Assembly: GCF_963921235.1 (NCBI RefSeq)
Contig: NC_086108.1
Location: forward strand, 24,552,001-24,616,000
Source of the DNA: Mobula hypostoma
Taxonomy: Eukaryota
Length of the DNA: 64,000 nt
Direction of reading: 5' to 3'
The notes under the pieces were generated by a model. It did no database searches. It saw nothing but the letters and a program-made list of their open reading frames with translations, and was not told where the DNA came from. Every line of letters starts with the position of its first letter. Within the stretch, counting starts at the first letter, position 1. Below are positions 12,500-25,284 of the stretch, in pieces. Made by a program: the position numbers and the translations under genes.

Positions 12500-14140
12500 G
12501 CTCTTCAACTTTTCGACCACATTTTGACTCAGACTCGCTATCACAGCCGTATATCCTTTATTGGAATGTGTCTCCGCCGCAACTTACTCCAGTTGGCTTT
12601 AGGATTCATTTTCGAGCCTCTCAATTTGGACCTTCTGAGGATCCCAGGTACTCACATTTCATTGACTCTGCCTCTCATCGCTTCTCCCATCAAGCTCTGA
12701 AGGTGACACTCTCCGCCATGAGGAGGTATTTGGTGTCCCTATCCCAGACCCTCCCACACTTTCAGGACACTTTCTTCGCCGTCTGTAATGGACCTGCTCG
12801 TTATTTCATCCTCTGTCGGATCAATGCCAGCAATCGCCGTATTTTTGACTTTGTCATGCTAGGCAAGGATCACAAGAACTTACATCTGCAGACACCAGAG
12901 CCTGCTGGCCCCAATGCTAGCAGGCATGAACTTCAGATTGCGGCCCCTGCCATTGGTCTCGCCAGCTCCAACACCAAAAGGCATATTCAAAACCCGGACT
13001 CCAGCAACAACCATGACACCTTCAAAGCGATTGCGCAACCACCAACTGCGATTCCAGCATTGAAGTCCAGGCCGGGTATTTATGTGCTGCTATTGTTACT
13101 CCCGTCTCCCCTTCCCCCACCACCACTCTGCAACCCGTATCCCTCAGATCCCACCATCAGCTTCTGGGCCCTCAGAGGCTCCATCTTCCTCTCACCCCAA
13201 ACCTCGCCACTCCACTGACACCCCCAGCCTCCCCCCTCCCCCCTCTGATCCCACTTCTCATCCGTGCCGGGTCCTTACCATCCCCTCCAACCTTCAACTG
13301 ACTGAGGCAGAGCGCTCTGTCCTCAGTAAGGGCCTCACCTTTGTCCCCCTTCACCCACACCTCAGCGAGTTCCGCGTTTGCCATGATGCTGAACTCTTCT
13401 TCCGCTGGCTCCGTCTCCAAGCCTACTTCTTCAGCAAGGACTCTCCCACCCCCACCGATGACCCCTTCTCCCGTCTTCAACCCTCTTCCTCTTCATGGAC
13501 ACCCCGCTCTGGTCTTCTGCCTGCTCTGGATCTCTTTATTGCTAACTGCCAATGGGACATCAACCATCCCAACTTCACCGCACCTTGTTCCCATTCCAAC
13601 TTCACTCTTTCCGAACAGTCTGCTCTCCACTCCCTCCGCACTAATCCTAACATTACTATAAAACCCGCCGATAAGGGGGATGCTGTTGTAGTCTGGCGCA
13701 CTGACCTCTACCTCGATCATGACACCACTAAGGAGCACCAGGCCATTGTCTCCCACACCATCACCGACTTTATCCACTCAGGGGATCTCCCATCCACTGC
13801 TACCAACCTTATAGTTCCCACACCACGCACTTCCCGTTTCTACCTCCTACCCAAGATCCACAAACCTGTCTGTTCTGGTAGACCCATTCTCTCAGCTTGC
13901 TCCTGCCACACCAAACTCACTTCTGCATACGTCGACACAGTTTTATCCCCCCTTGTTCAATCCCTTCCTACCTATGTTCGTGATACTTCTCACGCTCTGA
14001 AACTTTTCGATGATTTTAACTTCCCTGGCCCCCACCGCTTTATTTTAACCGTGGATGTCCAGTCCCTATAAACTTCCATCCCCCATCAGGAAAGGCTCAA
14101 AGTTCTCCGCCTCTTTTTGGATTCCAGACCTAACCAGTTC
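12500..14140 (+). pseudogene. PLE polyprotein fragment (N-terminal region + RT fingers/palm start), frameshifted and truncated
   Basis: ORFs 12487-13218 and 13082-14071: SVLSKGLTFVP, ELFFRWLRLQAYF, ALHSLRTNPNITIKPADKG. Confidence 0.88.
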
Positions 14141-14224
14141 CCTCCCCCTCCTGTCTTCTCCTATCGTTTCAGATCTACCCCTCCCCTTCCCACTTTCAAA
14201 TCTCTTACTAGCTCTTCTTTCAGT

Positions 14225-14262
14225 TAGTCCTGACGAAGGGTCTCGGCCTGAAAAGTCGACTG
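14225..14262 (+). ncRNA. Hammerhead motif, palindromic loop mutated (ACGT to AAGT)
   Basis: TAGTC-CTGACGA-AGGGTCTCGGCCT-GAAAAGTC-GACTG. Confidence 0.65.
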
Positions 14263-14570
14263 TACCTCTTCCTAGAAATGCTGCCTGGCCTGCTGCGTTC
14301 ACCAGCAACTTTTATGTGTGTTGCTTGAAATTCCAGCATCTGCAGATTTCCTCGTGTTTGCACTGTAATTGATAAGTTACTTTCTATGGTCTGTCACAGA
14401 TACTATCACTCTTTTTATTTCCCAAGTTTAAAACAGTTCTCGAAACAAGGCTATTTACATGCTGCAATCTTCTTCTTGAGAAGCCTTAATTTCAAACCGG
14501 CTTGCTTCCGCTCTGGTATTGTGCACTGTTGGTTGCTGATGAGGCCAATGTGGATTCTGCAGAGTTTTGT

Positions 14571-14789
14571 TGTAGGTTTTCGCAAATAAAATTATGAGGC
14601 ATTTTATGTTTAAGTAAAAAAAAGTAACAACTAATCTATTGTACTCCAAAACCTGAAGACAAAGTGTGGTAAATGAACTTCACATAATTTCGTCATCACA
14701 TCAGATTCACTCTTAAAAGTAAATCCCAACTCAATGTTGGTGGTTGTGAATTATGTGCATTTCCACCAATTATGTTACATTACTCTACA
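14571..14789 (-). repeat. Gypsy 3' LTR
   Basis: TG...CA ends, adjacent to the polypurine tract, similar to 16208-16415. Confidence 0.9.
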
Positions 14790-15595
14790 CAGGCCTCCCC
14801 GCCCTGCAGTATTCATTAAAACCCGCATTGTGAGCCTGTCCGGAGCTCAGATGAGCTGCCCAGCTCGGGTCCTATGTTCAAAGGATGGAGGAACAGCAGG
14901 TGCCTCTGGCTTGTTTCGTGTTGTGTTGACATGATCACGGTCATGGCGTGATGGCAGGGGAACGGTAGTGCAATCCACCAAATCTTGGTGGGCCTGTTTA
15001 AGGTGATCTAGAGAAATACATTCAGGTTTACCCCTCTTATTTATGATAAAAGTCTTTCCTCTCGATTCAAAAATGCGGAATGGAGCATTGTAAGTGGGGG
15101 GCATAAGGTGATGTTGGAGTGCATCATGGTAGACAGTCAGTCAGAGACTGAAAAGCTCACGGTCAAACGTGCTGTACTTCCTTTTGGCGGGAAGAAGCTG
15201 CCAGCTGAAGAAGGAGAGCAGGTGCCACATGCCTACAACCAACTGTCCATGCACAGGACCCACAGCATAGCCTGAAGCATCAGTAGTGATGGCTATAGGT
15301 GTGTTGGGGAGCACATATGCCAATAGGGATGATCTAGAAAGAGCTTGTTTGCTATCATCAAGTGTCTTGGTCATGTCTGCTGACCAGTCAAGCACGTGAT
15401 TAGGGGTATTGTCTTTAAGTGTACTGTACAGGGGGAGTATAAGTTCAGCCGCTCATGAAATGAAGTGGTAACAGAAGTTCACCATACTTAAAAGTTCTTG
15501 TAAATTTTTAGTAATGCTCACAGACCTCAGAAGTCCCATTGCGCTGGCACTGTTGCTGCAAGGTGGTCGGCATTTCCTAGCGTTCCTCCCAAAGC

Positions 15596-15669
15596 GAGCA
15601 TGGTAAAAGCACAGACCCGGCATTGTCTGTTTGAGCATGGTAAAAGCACAGACCCGGCATTGTCTGTTT
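15596..15669. repeat. Perfect 37-bp tandem duplication in gag
   Basis: GAGCATGGTAAAAGCACAGACCCGGCATTGTCTGTTT twice. Confidence 0.95.
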
Positions 15670-16207
15670 GGAGGCTCTGCTGGCTGATTGAAGCAGGAAA
15701 ATGAGGAAATATGCACCTCTGCCTGGCAGACATTTTAGCAAACTCCCTATAGTCCTTTACAGGTGTATTAGCAAATTTGATCAGGCATTTGCTGCATGAC
15801 GAGTTCTTTAAATTAAAGCAAGGATGGTGATTTCCCAGGAGAGACAACATTAGATCCAATGACTTAGCATTATCAAGGTGGGCAAGGAGAGCAACTGTTT
15901 GGCGCGCTCAGACTCTGATATTCCACAAGTTTGTAAAAGGTGAGTTTTCAGCGATCAATATTTATTGTGTTCAGACGACTGTTTAAGTAGACTCGCCACA
16001 CTGGCAGCCATGGAGTTGCTGAGCAATCCTACGACATAGAAGTATTTAGTGTAGTTGTCGGAGATTTCTCATGGTGCAAATTGGGCCTTGGCTTGTACAA
16101 ACCAAGCAATGACATTTTGCTCCCACAACTCCAGCAGTCTCAAAGTGACTGTGTTGGCCAACATACTCAATAACTCTGGATTCGTCCGAGAGAATTGAGG
16201 TCACCAA

Positions 16208-16415
16208 TGTAGGTTTTTGCAATTAAAATGATGTGAAGCATTTTATGCTTAAGAAAAACAGTAACAACTTATTTATTGTACTCCAAAACCAGAACACAAA
16301 GCGTGGTTAACGACTTCATGTAATTATGACATCGCGTCAGACCTGCCTCTTAAACCCAATTTCAATGTCGGTTGTTGTGAATTATGTACATTTCCACCAT
16401 TTACATTACCCTACA
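16208..16415 (-). repeat. Gypsy 5' LTR
   Basis: TG...CA ends, immediately followed on the minus strand by a tRNA-Trp-like PBS (TGGTGACC). Confidence 0.9.
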
Positions 16416-16504
16416 TTACCACATATAGTCAGGTAATGTCTGATGGAGGGGCTGGGTAATATGTGCAAATTCTGTATCCTCCCAATATAGACACTTGTGA
16501 TCTC

Positions 16505-17052
16505 ATAACCAGAATCAGGTTTAATACCACCAGTATATGACATGAAATTGGTTGTTATGCAGCAGCAATACATTGCAAAACAAAGTAATAAAAACTGAAT
16601 TACAGTAAATACACACATGCACATATACATATTAGTTAAATTGAATAAGTACTGCAAAAATAAGTGAGGCAGTGCTTATGGGTTCAATATCCATCCAGAA
16701 TTTGATGTCAGAAGAAACTGTTCCTGAGTCACTGAGTGTGTGCCTTCAGGCTCCTGTACCTCCAACCTATTGGTAGCAATGAGAAGAGGGCATGTCCTAT
16801 GTGATGGGGGTCCTTAATGACGGATACTGCCTTTTTGAGGCATCGCTCCTTGAAGATATCCTGGGTGCTGGGGAGGCAGGTGCCCATGATGGAGCTGACT
16901 AAGTTTACAACTTCCTGCAGCTTATTTTGATTCTGTGCCCCCCCCCCACATACCAGATGGTGATGCAGCCTATTAGAATGCTCTGCACAGTACATCTGTA
17001 GAAATTTGCGAGTGTCTTTGGTGACATACTAAATCTCCTCAAGCTCCTAATC
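16505..17052 (-). mobile_element. Rex1/Babar LINE 3' fragment
   Basis: ORF 16729-16995: QDIFKERCLKKAVSVIKDPHHIGHALFSLLPIGWRYRSLK. Confidence 0.85.
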
Positions 17053-17059
17053 TCAGTAC

Positions 17060-17985
17060 CTTTCCCATTATTCCTTCTCCATTTTGAGCAGTCATCAGCC
17101 AGGAATTCCTACTTCCCACTTTCGGGACAATATTGAAGTGTTCACTCTGTCCATATAATTTCTATTATTACATAGCAAGGTGAAGTTCCTGTTTCAGGGC
17201 TCTGGTGTCAGGCATGGGAACAATGTGACTCACCCGATGGAGGTGAATGGGACTGATGAGAGAGGGAATGCTGGGGATGCAGACATCATTTTATTTGTCT
17301 TGCCAGTGGATTTGGATGAACATACCAATATATGATTTTGGCACTTTGGTAGCGTTTTCAGAAGATAGTTCATGTCTGTGAACCAGACTGAAATGTGGAG
17401 ATCGCTTTTATACCATGGACTTAGTGCTTTGAGGTCAAGATCTTCAAGTAACTAATTTCCTCAGACTGCCAGAGGTGCACTGGAGATGCTGGTGAATTTA
17501 ATCATTGTTTGCCAGCTCTCATCATGCTCCCTTATTTAGTCAAGTAGGTTGGTAGCCAGCCTTTGTTTTGCCTGTGTTTAATGTACAGGCCTTCTCTTTA
17601 TATGGCTCCATATGGCATGATACAGAGCTGGAGCTTGGGGACTCTGACCACCTGCACACGTAAGTGTTGTATCCCTGCTGAAGATCAATAGTCAAGGTTG
17701 AAGCGACTTTAGTTCCAGACTGAACTGAGGTCAGACTGAACAGCTTCTCATTCATGCTTACATCCGCAACAGTAAACTGTTGGAGATGGTGCGGCATTGC
17801 TATAATTAAGATTCAAAAAAGTGTTAGAGTGGTGATGCAGCCTCACTTGACTCTAGACTGCAGCACAACCTTCCTGAATGTACAGCCTGTAATGCATTCT
17901 GTGATGTTCACTTTCAGAATCATGTCCCAGAAAGGAACAGTAGTGAAGCAATGATGCTTGCCATTAACCTCAATGAAAGTTAAAC
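17060..17985 (-). mobile_element. Old RTE (BovB-like) RT relic
   Basis: MNEKLFSLTSVQSGTKVASTLTIDLQ resembles the RTE motif preceding YADD (DGKLFNLRRLQSKTKV...ELQ). Confidence 0.55.
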
Positions 17986-18269
17986 AAAAACATCTAGTGA
18001 CCTCTGTAACTGAGATCTTCTGCTATTTTGAGATCTGTTGTTGTAAAGGAGATCTCTGTTGTCCAAGAAATGCAACGTTATCATGCCTGGCTGTGAGCCA
18101 ATCACAAAAATAGCAGGGAAAAAGAGCATAATTTTATAATTAAACATTCTTAGCACCTTTCTTGAACAATGGAACAACATTAGCTATCTTCCAGCCCTCC
18201 AGTGCCTCAACTTTGGTTAACAAATCTTTATTCTCTCCAGATTCCTGTCAGCTTCCCCCAAATTCTACC

Positions 18270-18470
18270 ACTCACCTACACGCTTAGGAAAAGTAACCTA
18301 TCAGTCTGTAAATACTTTGAGATGCGGGAGAAATCCAGCGGACTGAGAGGTAATGTACACAGTCACAGTAAGAATGTGCAAATTCTACACAGACAATGCC
18401 AGAGATAGGGATTGAACCAGTTTCTCTGGTGTTGTGAGGCAGTAACTTTTACAAGTATACCACAATGCCA
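18270..18470 (-). mobile_element. Degraded V-SINE
   Basis: Degenerate V core (CACAGTCACAGTAAGAATGTGCAAATTCTACACAGACA) and tRNA-like head (GGGATTGAACC). Confidence 0.65.
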
Positions 18471-19029
18471 ACATGGTTCTATTTTGAAATATACAAAATA
18501 TTGGGCTGTTATGTGCACACATGGCCAGCAGTCCCATGGAGATCTGGTGACACCCTCCTCAATGGTCAGCTTGTTTCAAGCTCACTATTCCATCTCCTGA
18601 ACACCCTCCAATCCTAAACACGACAAGGTAGAATCAATAGGTGAGCAAGAGAAGGCGAAACTTCATTAAGCCTTCTGCTCTGGCACTGGGCTCACAGCAA
18701 GAACGGGGGCTGAACACAAATTAATTGAGCCAAATGACAAGAATCAATAGACACTCAAATTTCCCACTAGGACTGGCTGGTGTATAAAACTAGACACTCA
18801 TTTATAGACAACAACCTAGATTTAAATGGTAAACAGAACCTCATCTTATTCTATTTTGCTTCTAACTGCTTAGGCTACCTTTAAGCAAATTAAGTGTCTT
18901 TAATAATTTATATATTAATTCTATTGGAACACTTCCTGAAATATTGAAAAAAAAATATTTTCAAGGCCTTTGATAGCAGCACACAGTCAAAAGTTAATTA
19001 GGGTGTTCTAGAGGCCTGGCCTCACTGTT

Positions 19030-19305
19030 AGTTGGTAGCCTAGCGGTCAGTTCTGGAGTTCAAAGTTCAATTCTGGCACTGTTCTTTAAGGAGTCTGCAT
19101 GTCCTCCCTTCAGAATGCAAGTGTTTTCCCCAGGTGCTCTGGTTTCCTCCCACAGTCCAAAGGTGTGCCAAGCAGTTTGATTAGTCATTCTGAACTGTCC
19201 CTTGATTAGGTTATGTTTAATCGGGTTGATCGGGCTTTGCTGGGGCAGCACGGCTGGAAAGGTCATAAGGGCCTACTCAGGCTGTATCACTAAATAAATA
19301 AATAA
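19030..19305 (+). mobile_element. V-SINE (HE1-like)
   Basis: B-box-like GTTCAATTC, core CCAGGTGCTCTGGTTTCCTCCCACAGTCCAAAG, (TAAA)n tail. Confidence 0.8.
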
Positions 19306-19850
19306 GTACATTTGCCTGAGGTCTAGCTGCTGCTGCTCCCAGTCCCATGGTCAACTGGAACCTCAAAGGCACAAATGCATGGCCACATTGAGTGCTTTTG
19401 AAAAAGCTTCTACCATCAGATTTCAGAATTGTCAATTATCACTATCTCGTTATTCTTCTTCTTCACTATTTATTTATCTAACTATATGTCAATGTATTTC
19501 TGCCGCAGAACAACCCACTTCATGACAGAATAGGTCAGTGATTATAAACCTGATTTTGGACAAAGGACAGTGAATGGTAGAGAGAGGAGACCTGACTGTT
19601 CCATCATACAGTTTATTAAGATGGATTAAAAATTTCAGTTTAGTACATCATTTCTAAAATGACACAATCTCATATTACTAAGCTTTCTCACAGTATTGAA
19701 TGATAGTACTAGTTTTTAACCAGCTACAACTCATGTAGGGGTGACAGGGTGGAAATACATCTCTACCTCAGGAGGTGTAAGATGCTCCATCCCTCTGTAT
19801 GTTACCCTTGAGCAAGATGTAGTACCTGGTTAGCACCCCCCCCCCCACCA

Positions 19851-22800
19851 CCATAACACCATAAAACCATGAGATATGGGAGCAGAATTAGGCTATTTGG
19901 TCCATCGTCTGCTCCGCCATTTCATCATGGCTGATCCAATATTCCTCTCAGCCCCAATCTCCTGCCCTCTCCCCGTATTCTTTCATGCTCTGACCAGTTA
20001 AGAATCTGTCAACCTCTGCCTTCAATATGCATAAAAACTTGGCCTCTACAGCCGTCTGAGGCAAAGAATTCCACAGAATCATCACTCTCTGACTAAAGAA
20101 ATTCCTCCTAATCTCCATTCTAAAAGGATGCGCCTCTGTTCTGACGCTGTGTCTTCTGGTCTTAGACTCTCCCACCAGAGGAAACATCCTCCCCACATCC
20201 TATCAATGTCTTTCACCATTCAATAGGTTTCAATGAGATCATCCCTCATTCTTCTGAATTCTTGTGAATACAGGCCCAGAGCCATCAAATGCTCTTCATA
20301 TGATAAGCCATTCAATCTTGGAATCATTTTTGTGAACCTCCTTTGAACTCTCTCCAGTTTTAGTACATAATTTCTAAGATAAGGGCTCCATACCTGCTCA
20401 CAACACTCCAAGTAAGGCCTTACCAGTGTTTTATAAAGTTTCAACGTTACCTCCTTGCTTTTCTATTCTAGTCCTCTTGAAATGAATGCTAACATTGCAT
20501 TTGCCTTCATCACTACAGACTCAATTCAAGTTTCATTGTTATTTAACCATATATGAATACTTATGAATCCAGCCAAACAAGACAGTGTTACTATGGTAAC
20601 CTGCAAATTAACCTTTAGGGAATTCTGCACAATGACTCCCAAGTCCCTTGGTGCCTCAGTGTTTTGTACTTTCTCTCCATTTAGGGAAGAGTCAAACTTT
20701 CCATTTCTTCGACCAAGGAGTATGACCATACACTTAATGACACTGTATTCCATCTGCCATTTGTATGCCCATTCTCCTAATCTAAGTCCTTCTCTGGTCT
20801 CTCTACTACCTGCCCCTCTACCTATCTTCGTATCATCTGCAAACTTAGTAACAAAGCCATCAATTCCATCATCCAATCATTGATATATAATGTAAAAAGG
20901 CTCAGTCCCAACATAGACCCCTGTGGAACACCACTAGTCACCAGCAGCCAGCCAGAAGAGGCTCCATTTATTCCCACTCTTTGCCTCCTGCCAATCTGAC
21001 ACTGCTTTATCCATGCTAGAATCTTTCCTGTACTCCTATGGGCTTGTAGCTTATAAAGCAGCCTCATTTGTCTCACCTTGTCCAAGGCCTTCTGAAAATG
21101 CAAGTCTATAACATCCACTAATTCTCCTTTATCTATCCTGCTTGCTATTTCTTTAAAGAATTCCAACAGATTTGTCAGGCAAAGTCTTCCCCTGAGGAAA
21201 TCATGCTGACTGTGGCCTAGAATATCATTATCCTCCACGTACCCTGGGACCTCATCCCTTAAATTGACTCCAACTTCTTCCCAACCACTGAGATCAGATT
21301 AACTGGCCTATAGTTTCCTTCCTTCTGCCTCTCTCCCTTCTTGAAGAGTGGTGTGATATTTGCAATATTCTATTCCTCTGTAATGCTGGTTGGACTCATA
21401 CCTGACACCAAGGAAGATGGTTGTGGTGGTTGGAGGCCAATCATCTCATCCTCAGGACATCACTGCAGGAGTTCCTCAGGGAAGTGTCCTAAAACCAACC
21501 ATCTTCAACTGCTTCATCAATGACCTTCCTTCCATCATAAGGTCAGAAGTGAGGATGTTCGCAAATGAATCCAGTGATTCTCGAAAAACCATTACTAATA
21601 CCTCCATGATCTCTTCAGCCAACTCTCACAGAATCTTGAGGTGTAAACCATTTGGTCCAGGTGACTTATCTACTTTCAAATCTTTCAGTTTCCCAAGAAC
21701 CTTCTCTCTAGTTATGGTAACTTCATGATCCCTGGCACCTGGAACTTCCACCACACTGCTAATATCTTCTACAGTGAAGACTGATGCAAAATACTTACTC
21801 AATTCATCTGCCACTTCATTGTCCCCTATTACTGCTTCTCCAGCATTGTATTCCAGTGGTCCATTACCCACGCTCACCTTTCTTTTACACTTTACGTATT
21901 TAAAGAAACTCATGGTACCCTCTTTAAATATTATTGGCTAGCTTTCATATTCCAATTTTTACCTTCTTAATAACATTTTTAGTTGCCTTCTGTTGGTATT
22001 TAAAAGCTTCTCAAACCTCTAACTTCCCACTATTTTTTGCTGTATTATATGCCTTCTCTTTGGCTTTTATGTTGACTTTGAATTCTCAATGCCCACATTT
22101 GTGTCATATTTCCTTTAGAATACTTCTTCCTCTTTGGGATGTATTTAGCCTGTGCCTTCCAATTTGCTTCCAGAAATTCCAGCCATTGCCACTCTGCCAT
22201 CACCCCTGCCAGTATTCTTTTCTATCAATTCTGGCCATCTCCTCTTTCGTGCCTCTGTAATTCCCTTTGCTCCATTGTAATACTGATATAGATGAGGGTA
22301 GTGCAGTGGATGTGGTCTATATGGATTTTAGTAAGGCACTTGACAAGGTTCCACACAGTAGGCTTATTCATAAAGTTAGAAGGCATGGGATCCAGGGAAG
22401 TCTGCCTTTCTGCCTATCCTTTTAATACAATGTATATCCTTGGACATTAAGCTCCCAGCTACAATCTTTCAGCCATGATTCAGTGATGTCTACAACATCA
22501 TACCTGCCAATCTGCAACTGTGCTGCAAGTTCATCTACCTTATTCCACATACTGCATGCATTCAATTACAACTTCAGTCCTGTGTTCACCTTCAATTTTC
22601 TCTGCCTTTTTTGTTGCACCTTACCCTGTTGATTGCAATTTTGCCCCATCAGCAGCTTCTCCTCGCTACACATTGCCTCTCTTTGTAAACAAGCTACCTC
22701 ATCTTTAGTGCTATTATCATTCTTTTCTACGATACTTCTTGCATTGAAATATAGGCACTAGACACACCATGCTCAACCTTTCGATTCCTAACTTTGTCTG

Positions 22801-24810
22801 AGGGCTCACTGTAGCCAGGTGGAACCAAGAATTGTTTTCAGCTGGAGGGAAGACAGCATAGGCCCTTCCTCCCCAGATGGCTTTAAAAGCGTGCTGCCCA
22901 CTTGTGCTTAGGTCAGTGAACAATCCGTAGTGGAAGGTGAGTAGCAGCACTGCTGATCCTCCTGGTTGATTTATTTTACTGACCATGCGTACGCATGGGA
23001 ACCTGTGTGAGTGGATGTGTGAACTAATTCAGCTCCTGCTGTACACTGTAGGATGGTATAGGTCTTTGTGTGCATCACTGCTTTAGACATTTATTGAACT
23101 CATTTTGCCTAACTTGAACTTGTGTTACTTGTACTGCTAGTCTTAAATCTCCATGTGAACCTGAGGCACAGATGTGCTTTATTATATAGGTTTAGTAACT
23201 TTAACTAACACACTTTACTTCATTGATGTATTTTATTTCACTGTGATGCGCAGTTGAGACTTTAGGCTTTTATGAGCCATGAGCTAAAGATAGTACTATT
23301 GTACTTTATTTGACCTGATGCTAACTCAGGAACTGTACTTTATTTGAAATCGGATTTGCCTCTCTTTGTACAATGTTTTTAACTAAACTTCAGTTTGTTA
23401 ATAAAAGTTATCATAACTTTAAACTACCTTGTCTGACTGCTTGTCTTAAAGCGGCCCAGAACCCACCTGTGCTACTGGCTCAGTAGTTAGATTACCAACA
23501 TCTGCCTCCACAACCTCTCAACTAACTGTTCTGGCACTCTGGCCCCCATCCCCCTGCAACTCAAGTTTATACCCCACCATGCAGCATTAACAAACCTTCC
23601 TGCTAGGATATAAGTCCCCCTCCAGTTCAAGATCAAACTGTCCCTTCTGTATAGGCCCCACCTTCCCTGAAAGGGAGCTCAATGATCCAAAAATCTTATG
23701 CCCTCCCTCCTACACCAACTCCTTAGCCATGTATAAAACTGTATAATCTTCCTAGTTCTGGCCTCACTAGCATGTGGCGTAGGTAGCAATCCTGAGATCA
23801 CAACCCTGGAGGTGCCCTTTAACTTAGCACCTAACTCCCTGAACTCCCTGTACAGAACGTTATCCTACCCATGTCATTGGTACTTACATTGACCACAACT
23901 GCTGGCTAGTCACCCTCCCTCTTAAGAATGCTGAAGACTCGATCTGAGATATCCCAAACCCTAGCACCTGGAAGGCAACATACAATCCAGGAATTTTGTT
24001 CTCACCCACAGACCCTCCTGTCTGTTCCCCAAACTAATAAATAGCCTGTCACCCAGTAAGCCTTTTCTCTCCCCTTCCTTCTGAGTTACAGAGGCAGACA
24101 GTGCCAGAGACCCAACCACTGTGACTTTGCTCTGTTCGGTCATCCCCCCCAACAGTTTCCAAAGTGATATATCTGTTGTTGACGGGAGTGGCCACAGGGG
24201 TATTCTGCACTACCTCCTTAACCCCTTTCCCCTTCCTGACTGTCATCCAGTTTCCTGTGTCCTGTACCCTGGGTGCAACTACCTCTCTCAATGTCCTATC
24301 TCTCACCCCTCAGCCTCCTGAATGATCTGGAGTTCCTCCAATTCCAGCTCCAACTGCTTAACACAGTTGGGGCGAAGCTGCAGCTGGATATAGTCATCAG
24401 GGACACTGGAGATCTCCCTGCGCTCCCACATCCCACAACAGGAGCATTTTACTATTATGCCTGATGTCTCTACTATCCCAGCCAAGCAGATATAAAGGGA
24501 AAAAACGAGCTTTGCTTTCAATCCTTTGCTTTCTCTGAGTGAAGCCTCCTTTTGCTGAAGCCTCAAAGAGCTAAAGCCCTAATATCACCACTCTATGTCC
24601 ACTCAGTAAACGGCCCTGCACTTACCCTGCCTTTCTTTCATTTGTTCTTGCTAATCAATCCCAAATTCCGACTGGTCACTGGTTAAAGCTCTTTTTCGTA
24701 CCCACAACCCGCTGCTGCCTTTTATCCTCAGGCAGCGGACCTGATTGAAGTCGCTTCCTCTCCAAACTTTCACTGTCTGGATTGGCTGTTGGTCAAAGCT
24801 CTTTTTGACA
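19851..24810 (-). mobile_element. Near-full-length degraded CR1 (5'UTR, ORF1, EN, RT, 3'UTR) with nested insertions
   Basis: RT fragments (KFADDTKIG, SQHDFLRGRLCLTNLLEFF, KSPGPNGLH), ORF1 (VKCSCCGMWE...; TPVNNRYITLETV), tail at about 19851-19875. Confidence 0.92.
22809..23476 (+). mobile_element. Unclassified ~670-bp insertion, probable solo LTR
   Basis: Interrupts CR1. Inverted ends TGTAGC-CAGGTGG and CCACCTGTGCTAC; GGCTCA on both flanks; TTTAAAA near 22882 and AATAAA near 23400. Confidence 0.55.
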
Positions 24811-24849
24811 TTTGACATTCACTGCCCCCCCAATCAGAGTATTGTGAAG

Positions 24850-25100
24850 CATTGGCAGCAAGTGATGGATGGTTGTATGAGCAGATGGTGTGCATAATGC
24901 AAGTCCTGGTTATGTGATCACTGATGCCAGACAATCTCTGGAGAATTGATAATGGCTGAGGTCATACAGCTTGTAAAGACACTGCCCAGAAGGTGACAAT
25001 AGAAAACACTTCTGTATAAAAATTTGCCAGAAACAATCATGGTCATAGACCATGTTCATCCATGTCATATATTACAGAACATGATGATGATTATGATGAC
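24850..25100 (+). mobile_element. RTE-type SINE/LINE tail fragment
   Basis: Ends in an (ATG)n microsatellite after an RTE-like 3' segment (AAACACTTCTGTATAAAAATTTGCCAG...CATGGTCAT). Confidence 0.5.
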
Positions 25101-25284
25101 AACGCGTGAATTCACATGACTTGTTGTGATTCAATTGAAAGATGCAACCAGCACATCTTGTACAGGAGCAGGCAAAGGGGACTTGGGTAGGCAACTTGTT
25201 TTGCAGACATGAGTAGGGTTGAGGGGCCTGCCTCCATGCTATACAACTCTGTGACTTGCCAAATCAACATCAATAGCTTTCTAT

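Larger units (their letters stand above)
12126..14362. mobile_element. Penelope-like element: inverted pLTR (12126-~12493, -) plus ORF fragment and 3' end (~12494-14362, +)
   Basis: TSD CTGTAATTGAT(G/A)AG at 12112-12125 and 14363-14376. PLE RT motifs TIKPADKGDAVVVW, RFYLLPKIHKP..GRPI and YVRDT..FILTVDVQSL. An internal deletion near 14140 joins RT to the 3'UTR. Confidence 0.93.
14571..16415 (-). mobile_element. Ty3/Gypsy LTR retrotransposon, internally deleted
   Basis: Direct repeats 14571-14789 and 16208-16415 with TGTAG...CTACA ends. PBS TGGTGACCTC at 16197-16206 (-), PPT at 14790-14804 (-). Gag (WFVQAKAQF..TKYFYVV; CFYHARFGRNARKCRPPC), RNase H (TTDASGYAVG...YSTFDREL) and integrase C-terminus (YNAPFRI...ISLDHLKQAH). 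Confidence 0.92.
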
